A stretch of DNA of 64,000 nt from the NCBI GenBank assembly GCA_964527425.1, contig CAZGOA010000002.1, forward strand, positions 5,000 to 68,999, given 5' to 3'. The stretch's first letter is position 1. Each line of letters starts with the position of its first letter. A program made the translations under genes and the position numbers. Positions 57,640 to 64,000 of the stretch are shown here, in pieces. This DNA comes from an uncultured Gammaproteobacteria bacterium (GTDB lineage: Bacteria > Patescibacteriota > Microgenomatia > UBA10105 > UBA927). The notes under the pieces are model-generated. The model was not told where the DNA came from. It saw nothing but the letters and a program-made list of their open reading frames with translations, and made no database searches.

Positions 57640-58077
57640 TTAATTTGCTTTGGCTGCTTTAGGGCCACTATTACTTTTTTTACTTCCGTATCGACTTCGT
57701 CCTTGCTTTCTTGTTTCTACTCCGGTCATATCATATTTTCCTCGCACTATATGATATTTTACACCTGGAAGATCCGGAACACGTCCTCCTCGTACCAACA
57801 CGATTGCGTGTTCATTGAGCGAGTGACCAATTCCTGGAATATATGCTGTTACTTCTTGTTTATTTGATAACCGTACACGAGCGACTTTTCGAAGAGCTGA
57901 GTTTGGTTTTTTGGGTGTCATGGTTTTCACCAATGTAACCACTCCTCTTTTAAACGGTGCTGTGAGTTGTTTAGTAACTCGGTCTTTTGAGTTAAAGAAT
58001 TTTCGCAATGCTGTCGCTTTTACTTTTGCTTGCTTTTGCGTTCTTCCTTTTCTGATTAATTGATTAATTGTTGGCAT
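57640..58077 (-). CDS. rpsL: 30S ribosomal protein S12
   Basis: [35 protein letters not shown]. Confidence 0.98.
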   Translation of the reverse strand: MPTINQLIRKGRTQKQAKVKATALRKFFNSKDRVTKQLTAPFKRGVVTLVKTMTPKKPNSALRKVARVRLSNKQEVTAYIPGIGHSLNEHAIVLVRGGRVPDLPGVKYHIVRGKYDMTGVETRKQGRSRYGSKKSNSGPKAAKAN

Positions 58078-58085
58078 ATTTTTAT

Positions 58086-61000
58086 TTAATTAACATTTAA
58101 CGCAGCGCGTTCTGGACTGACAGGAATCAGTCTGCCGATAATAACATTTTCTTTGAGTCCAAGCAATGTGTCGACTTTTCCAGCAATTGCTGCATCTGTT
58201 AAAACATTGGTTGTTTCTTGGAAAGAAGCCGCAGATAACCATGATTCAGTAAAGAGTGATGCACGGGTAATACCTAAGATCACTACTTGTGCTGTTGCTG
58301 GTTCTCCACCTTCTGCTAATACTCTTGCATTTTCATCTTCAAATCTTCTTCTATCAACTAGTTCTCCTGGAAGAAGAGTTGTATCTCCTGAGTAATCAAT
58401 GCGTACTTTATCACTCATTTTTCTAACTATTACCTCGAAATGCTTATCATTAATTGTAATACCTTGTGATTCATATACTCGTTGTACTTCATTAATCAGG
58501 TATTTTTGTGAACCTCTAAGTCCCCGTACTCTTAATACTTCTTTCAAATCTAAACTCCCTCGTGCTAATTGATCACCTGATGAAACCAATTCTCCATCTC
58601 TTACCAAAAGCTCCATTGTCCGTGGAATTATATATTCAAATTCATCAGAACCGAGTTGTTTATTCTTTATGTGAATAGTATACCCTGTATCTGTTTCTAA
58701 TACTTCGGCTGTACCAGAAATTTCTGCTATTGGTGACAAAATTCTTGGAAGTCTTGCTTCAAAAAGTTCTTCTACTCTCGGAAGTCCTTGGGTTACATCT
58801 AATCCAACGATACCTCCTGCATGTCTAACACGCATAGTAAGCTGTGTTCCAGGTTCTCCAATAGATTGAGCTGCAATAACACCAGCTGGTGTTCCCATCT
58901 CTACAAGGTGTCCGGTAGAAAAATCTCTTCCATAACACTTGGCACACAAACCTGCTTTAGCTGTACAAGCAATAGGTGAACGTATAATTACAGATTCAAT
59001 AGTATGTTCCTCAAGTAATTGAACATTATGTTCATCAATAAATACACCTGCTTCTAAAATTACTTTATTTTTATCTGTAACTACATCTTTTGCTAGATAT
59101 CGTCCAATAACACGCGCAGCTAATGATGCTTGACGATCTTCAGTTCTGCTGATTTCCCATCCTTCTGTTGTACCACAATCATCAAGTCTAATTAATGCAT
59201 CATGAGATACATCAACAAGTCTTCTTGTTAGATATCCTGCATCAGCTGTCTTAAGTGCAGAATCAGTGAGTCCTTTTCGAGAACCTCTTGTAGAAGTTAC
59301 GTATTCAAATATTGAAAGACCTTGTCGATAGTTACTTTTTGTAGGTAATTCAACGATTTTTCCAAGTGGATCAACAACTAATCCCTTTATAGCTGATAAT
59401 TGTTTTAATTGATCTTTTGAAGCACGAGCTCCTCCTGAGTCAATAATCATCTTAACGGGATTATCAGAACCTAATTTATCCCAAGTTTTATTTGCTACTG
59501 TTTCTGTAACTTCTATCCAAATATCATTAGATAAACGCTTCTTTTCTTCAAGTGTGATAAGCCCCATTTGATAATTACTATCTACTTCAGCAACTCTTTG
59601 TTCAGCTTCTTTAATAATTTCTGATTTTTCATCAATCATTTCACAATCAAATACTGAAACTGATAAACCACCACACACTGTTGCTCCCATAAAACCAATA
59701 TTTTTAATTTTATCAATTAATTCTACAACTTCTTCTTTCGTGTACAGTGAAAGTGCTTTAGTGATAATTGATTTAACAGTTGCTGCTTTTATTACTTGAT
59801 TCATGTACTGTAAACCTTCTGGAAGAATTTCATTAAACAGTATTCTACCAACTGTTGTAACTATTCTTTCTCCCTTTATGGAAACTCTTATGGGTATTCG
59901 CAACCCTAATCTTCCTGTTTGATTAGCGTATATTGCTTCTTCAGCATTTCCATACAACGCATATTCTTCATCTTTTTTACCTTCTAGTGAAGGATCGATT
60001 GTTGTTAAATAATAACAACCTAATACCATTTCTTTATTTGGAACCGTAATTGGAGATCCATCAGCTGGTTTTAATAGATTATGTGTAGGAAGCATTAAAT
60101 GAATAGCCTCTTGTTGACTACTTCCAGATAATGGAATATGAACTGCCATTTGATCCCCATCAAAATCTGCATTATATCCCGCACAGACACAAGGATGAAT
60201 TCGAATTGCAGAACCTTCAATGAGTATAGGGAAGAAGGCTTGCATACCTAATTTGTGAAGTGTTGGTGCACGATTAAGTAAAACCGGATGATTTTTCGTT
60301 ATTTCTTCTAAAATATCATACACTTCTGGTGTTCTTCGCTCTAGCACATTTTTTGCATTTTTTACGTTAGGAGCGATTCCTCGTACTATTAATTCACGTA
60401 AAACAAATGGCTTAAACATTTCTAAAGCCATATCTTTCGGAAGTCCACATTGTGTAAGTTTTAATTCTGGTCCCACAACGATAACGGAACGACCAGAATA
60501 ATCTACTCTTTTTCCTAATAAATTTTGTCGGAATCGACCTTGCTTACCTCTTAACATTTCAGAAAGTGATCGCAATGGCTGGATTACTGCTCTTGATGAT
60601 GGTCTTTGGGTGGCATCAATCAAACTATCCACTGCCTCTTGGAGCATTCTTTTTTCGTTTCTTAAAATTATTTCTGGCGCACCGAGTTCAACTAAATGGT
60701 TTAAACGGTTATTTCTATTGATAACTCTTCTATATAAATCATTTAAATCGCTTGTTGCAAAACGTCCACCAGTTAATTGAACCATAGGTCGCAAGTCGGG
60801 TGGCAATACTGGGACATTATTTAATATCATCCAGGACGGATCCATTTCTGCTTTTTTCATTCCGTCTACTACTCTAAGTCGTTTTGTAGCTTTTACATGG
60901 CGTTGACCACTTGTTTTAGAAATTTCATCGCGAAGGTTAGCCGCTGTTTTAGCTAAATCTATGTTTTTTACTACCTCTGCTACAGCCTCAGCACCCATTC

Positions 61001-61805
61001 CTGCCTCAAAAAAATCAACTGCATCATATTCCATTAGTCTTAAATATTCATCTTCAGTTAAGGTTGTTAATGGACGAATAGCTTTAACGGTGTTGACTAA
61101 CCAATTTACTATTTCTTGAATTTTATTTTTCTCTTCAGCAAACTTTGTCTCTAATTTTGCAATATCTTCTCTCTCTTTTAACTCAAGTTCTGATAATGCA
61201 AGACCTGCTGCCTCGCTGTTAGTAATTCGTTTTTTTACATCTTCTCTTTCTTTATCGTATTGTGTTTCTTTTTTAGATTTTTCATCTTGGAATCTGCGTT
61301 CTACATCTGCAAATCTTTCATCCTCTGCACCTGTTAATCGATCTAACACCTTCTGCTTTACTTCATCATTTACTGAAGTTACTAAGTATTGTGCAAAATA
61401 AATAACACCTTCCAATGCTCTTGGACTAACATCAAGTAATAATGATAATTTTGAAGGTGCCCCTTTGAAAAACCATACGTGTGCGACTGGTGCAGCAAGA
61501 GAAATGTGACCCATTCTTTCACGACGAACTTTACTTTGGGTAACTTCTACTCCACACTTATCACAGATAATACCTCTGTAACGAATTCGTTTATATTTAC
61601 CACAGTAACATTCCCAATCTTTTGTTGGACCGAAAATTCGTTCATCAAATAATCCATCTTTTTCAGGTTTTAGTGTTCTATAATTAATAGTTTCAGGCTT
61701 AGTCACTTCTCCATATGACCATGAAAGGATGTCTTCTGATGAGGCCACATTTACTTGTAAACCTGTAAAATCAATAATGTTTGCAAAATTTCCTTTTTTA
61801 TCCAT
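58086..61805 (-). CDS. rpoC: RNA polymerase beta' subunit
   Basis: Zn finger [53 protein letters not shown]. Confidence 0.99.
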   Translation of the reverse strand: MDKKGNFANIIDFTGLQVNVASSEDILSWSYGEVTKPETINYRTLKPEKDGLFDERIFGPTKDWECYCGKYKRIRYRGIICDKCGVEVTQSKVRRERMGHISLAAPVAHVWFFKGAPSKLSLLLDVSPRALEGVIYFAQYLVTSVNDEVKQKVLDRLTGAEDERFADVERRFQDEKSKKETQYDKEREDVKKRITNSEAAGLALSELELKEREDIAKLETKFAEEKNKIQEIVNWLVNTVKAIRPLTTLTEDEYLRLMEYDAVDFFEAGMGAEAVAEVVKNIDLAKTAANLRDEISKTSGQRHVKATKRLRVVDGMKKAEMDPSWMILNNVPVLPPDLRPMVQLTGGRFATSDLNDLYRRVINRNNRLNHLVELGAPEIILRNEKRMLQEAVDSLIDATQRPSSRAVIQPLRSLSEMLRGKQGRFRQNLLGKRVDYSGRSVIVVGPELKLTQCGLPKDMALEMFKPFVLRELIVRGIAPNVKNAKNVLERRTPEVYDILEEITKNHPVLLNRAPTLHKLGMQAFFPILIEGSAIRIHPCVCAGYNADFDGDQMAVHIPLSGSSQQEAIHLMLPTHNLLKPADGSPITVPNKEMVLGCYYLTTIDPSLEGKKDEEYALYGNAEEAIYANQTGRLGLRIPIRVSIKGERIVTTVGRILFNEILPEGLQYMNQVIKAATVKSIITKALSLYTKEEVVELIDKIKNIGFMGATVCGGLSVSVFDCEMIDEKSEIIKEAEQRVAEVDSNYQMGLITLEEKKRLSNDIWIEVTETVANKTWDKLGSDNPVKMIIDSGGARASKDQLKQLSAIKGLVVDPLGKIVELPTKSNYRQGLSIFEYVTSTRGSRKGLTDSALKTADAGYLTRRLVDVSHDALIRLDDCGTTEGWEISRTEDRQASLAARVIGRYLAKDVVTDKNKVILEAGVFIDEHNVQLLEEHTIESVIIRSPIACTAKAGLCAKCYGRDFSTGHLVEMGTPAGVIAAQSIGEPGTQLTMRVRHAGGIVGLDVTQGLPRVEELFEARLPRILSPIAEISGTAEVLETDTGYTIHIKNKQLGSDEFEYIIPRTMELLVRDGELVSSGDQLARGSLDLKEVLRVRGLRGSQKYLINEVQRVYESQGITINDKHFEVIVRKMSDKVRIDYSGDTTLLPGELVDRRRFEDENARVLAEGGEPATAQVVILGITRASLFTESWLSAASFQETTNVLTDAAIAGKVDTLLGLKENVIIGRLIPVSPERAALNVN

Positions 61806-61872
61806 ATATTTTTATTGATCTTAATTTTGATTTAATAATTTAGCAAATGAAATTATTACTCCAAAATTGAGT

Positions 61873-64000
61873 TTAACTATTTTCTTCTTCCTCCATTGCA
61901 ACTAAATCTTCTACTGTTGGTTCTTCTACTTCTTCCTGATTTAATAATTCTTCAATTGTAGTAGCATCTGCAGCAACATCTGGAGTTTCTACTAACTGTT
62001 CTCCACTTGCTTCTGCTATCTCTTTCGCTTCATTTTTTATTTCTTCATCTTCCATATCTTCTGGTAATAATGGAGGTCCGGGTGGAGCAGGTGGTGGAAC
62101 TGGAGTCGTAACTGCACCAGTAGGTGTAACTTTTAATCCTAACGCTTGCAATTCTTTCACCAAAACTCTAAAAGACTCAGGTACAGTCGATGCTGGTATA
62201 TCACTTCCTTTTACAATAGATTCAAAAGCTTTTGCACGACCGACAACATCGTCAGATTTAATTGTCAACATTTCTTGCAGAATATAAGCAGCCCTATGAG
62301 ATTCTAGAGCCCATACTTCCATTTCTCCTAACCTCTGACCTCCCATTTGGGCTTTTCCACCTAATGGTTGTTGTGTAACTAATGAATATGGACCCGTTGA
62401 TCGAGCATGTGTCTTATCTTCTACCATATGACTTAACTTCAAAATATACCCTATTCCTACAACTACTGGCTCAGAAAATGCCTCCCCTGTTCGACCATCA
62501 TATAAAATACTTTTGCCATTCTTTGGTAATCCTGCTTGTTCTAACATCGTAGTTATTCGCTGTTCACCGACTGTTTCAAAGACTGGTACTCCTACTTTTG
62601 TGCCAATTTTTTGAGCTGCAAATCCCAAATGTGCTTCTAATAATTGACCCAAGTTCATACGTGAAAGAACGGATAAAGGAGAAATTATTACATCTACAGG
62701 AGTTCCATCAGACATATGAGGCATATCCGCTTGTGGCATAATCTTAGAAATTACCCCTTTGTTACCGTGACGTCCTGCTAATTTGTCACCTACCACAACT
62801 TTGCGACTTTGTGCGACTTTAACTATAATTTTTCTTATACAGCCAGGTTCTAATTCATCACCCTTTTCTCGATCCAATATTTTTACATCTACCACAATGC
62901 CACGCTCTCCATGTGGCATACGAAGACTCGTATCTCTAACTTCCCTCGCCTTTTCTCCGAATATTGCGCGTAATAATCTTTCTTCTGCTGTTAATTCAGT
63001 CTCACCTTTAGGTGCAATTTTACCTACTAAAATATCGTTGGGGCCTACTTCTGCTCCAACTACAATTATTCCATCCTTATCAAGATTTCGTAATGCTTCT
63101 TCTCCTACATTTGGAATATCACGGGTAGTTTCTTCTTCTCCTAATTTTGTATCAACAACTGCTGCCTCATGTTCTTCAATATTAATAGAGGTTAATACAT
63201 CTTCACGAACTAATCTATCAGAAACTACAATAGCATCTTCATAACCCAATCCATCAAAACTCATATATGCAATTACAACATTTGCTCCGAGTGCTATTTC
63301 CCCTCCATCACAAGAAGGTCCATCAATCAACACTGTACCTTCTTTTACTTTTTGACCTGTAGTTACTAATACATGTTGATTATAACTTGTAGATTGAGCG
63401 GTTCTTTTATATTTTTCAACTGAATATGTAGTTCTTTGACCATTTTTATCCTCAAAAATAACATGTGAAGCGTCAGCATAGACAACAGTTCCATCAGTCA
63501 AAGCTTTGATAACTCTCCCCATTGATTCCGCAATTGCTGCTTCCATACCAGTACCTACTATTGGAGCATCAGGACGTACTAGTGGAACGGCTTGACATTG
63601 CATGTGTGTTCCCATGAGTGCACGATTTGCTTCATCATGAGAAAGAAAAGGGATAAGTGAAGCTGGACCACCAACAACTTGTCTAGGTACTAAATCAATA
63701 TATTCTACATTAGAAACATCGCTCTCAAGGAATTCTCCTTTATATCTAACTGGTATTCTTTCCCCAATAATTACTCCATCATCAGTCATTGGTAAATCTG
63801 CGTGAGTAATATAATGATATTGTTCATCATCTGCAGATAAATATTCTATTTCACTACTTATTTTTACAATTGTTTTTTCACCTTTTGTTTCCTTAATAAT
63901 TTTTCTGTACGGTGTTTCTAGAAATCCATAATCATTAACTCTGCTATACAGCGCCATATATGTTACTAAACCGATATTAGGTCCTTCTGGACTTCGCACA
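61873..64000 (-). CDS. rpoB: RNA polymerase beta subunit (3' part; runs off the window edge)
   Basis: SPEGPNIGL, HDEANRALMG, GDKLAGRHGNKG, SRMNLGQ, HARSTGPY, GGQRLGEMEVW. Confidence 0.99.
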   Translation of the reverse strand, partial: VRSPEGPNIGLVTYMALYSRVNDYGFLETPYRKIIKETKGEKTIVKISSEIEYLSADDEQYHYITHADLPMTDDGVIIGERIPVRYKGEFLESDVSNVEYIDLVPRQVVGGPASLIPFLSHDEANRALMGTHMQCQAVPLVRPDAPIVGTGMEAAIAESMGRVIKALTDGTVVYADASHVIFEDKNGQRTTYSVEKYKRTAQSTSYNQHVLVTTGQKVKEGTVLIDGPSCDGGEIALGANVVIAYMSFDGLGYEDAIVVSDRLVREDVLTSINIEEHEAAVVDTKLGEEETTRDIPNVGEEALRNLDKDGIIVVGAEVGPNDILVGKIAPKGETELTAEERLLRAIFGEKAREVRDTSLRMPHGERGIVVDVKILDREKGDELEPGCIRKIIVKVAQSRKVVVGDKLAGRHGNKGVISKIMPQADMPHMSDGTPVDVIISPLSVLSRMNLGQLLEAHLGFAAQKIGTKVGVPVFETVGEQRITTMLEQAGLPKNGKSILYDGRTGEAFSEPVVVGIGYILKLSHMVEDKTHARSTGPYSLVTQQPLGGKAQMGGQRLGEMEVWALESHRAAYILQEMLTIKSDDVVGRAKAFESIVKGSDIPASTVPESFRVLVKELQALGLKVTPTGAVTTPVPPPAPPGPPLLPEDMEDEEIKNEAKEIAEASGEQLVETPDVAADATTIEELLNQEEVEEPTVEDLVAMEEEENS

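Noticed and set aside
28874-63244. Numerous 60-150-aa ORFs overlapping ribosomal, EF and RNAP genes (mostly plus strand)
   Set aside because: Antisense or alternate-frame shadows of highly conserved genes
1-64000. Genome-wide stop-codon reassignment (code 25 or 4)
   Set aside because: Conserved genes such as rplO, rpsH, rpmC and miaB end at TGA at the expected positions and have no internal TGA

Overview
A 64-kb AT-rich bacterial chromosome segment using genetic code 11 (TGA is a stop). It most likely comes from Patescibacteria/CPR, Microgenomates-like; this is inferred from the missing rpmD/L30, the N-terminally shortened L2, the C-terminally short RpoC, the RNase Y without a clear membrane anchor and a 'QDIRKRA' surface protein. 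From left to right it contains: a type IV pilus locus (pilM, three minor pilins, pilC, pilB); a tightly linked amino-acid dehydrogenase / PaaK-like adenylate ligase / SAM methyltransferase / 7TM histidine kinase / response regulator block; RNase P RNA; an M16 peptidase, AI-2E transporter, miaA, miaB, two HAD hydrolases, a LytR_C protein, hup, rny, recX, recA and tRNA-Pro(GGG); a small accessory patch; and the rpoBC-str-S10-spc-alpha supercluster, which is split by insertions including a base-excision-repair island. The best novelty candidate is a putative small-molecule signal synthase plus sensor module running into pilB/pilC. Other candidates are short-period imperfect palindromes filling ribosomal-operon spacers, terminator/antiterminator-like leaders before rplC and infA, a structured RNA upstream of rny, and a divergent RNase P RNA. 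All calls come from reading motifs by eye; no database searches were run.
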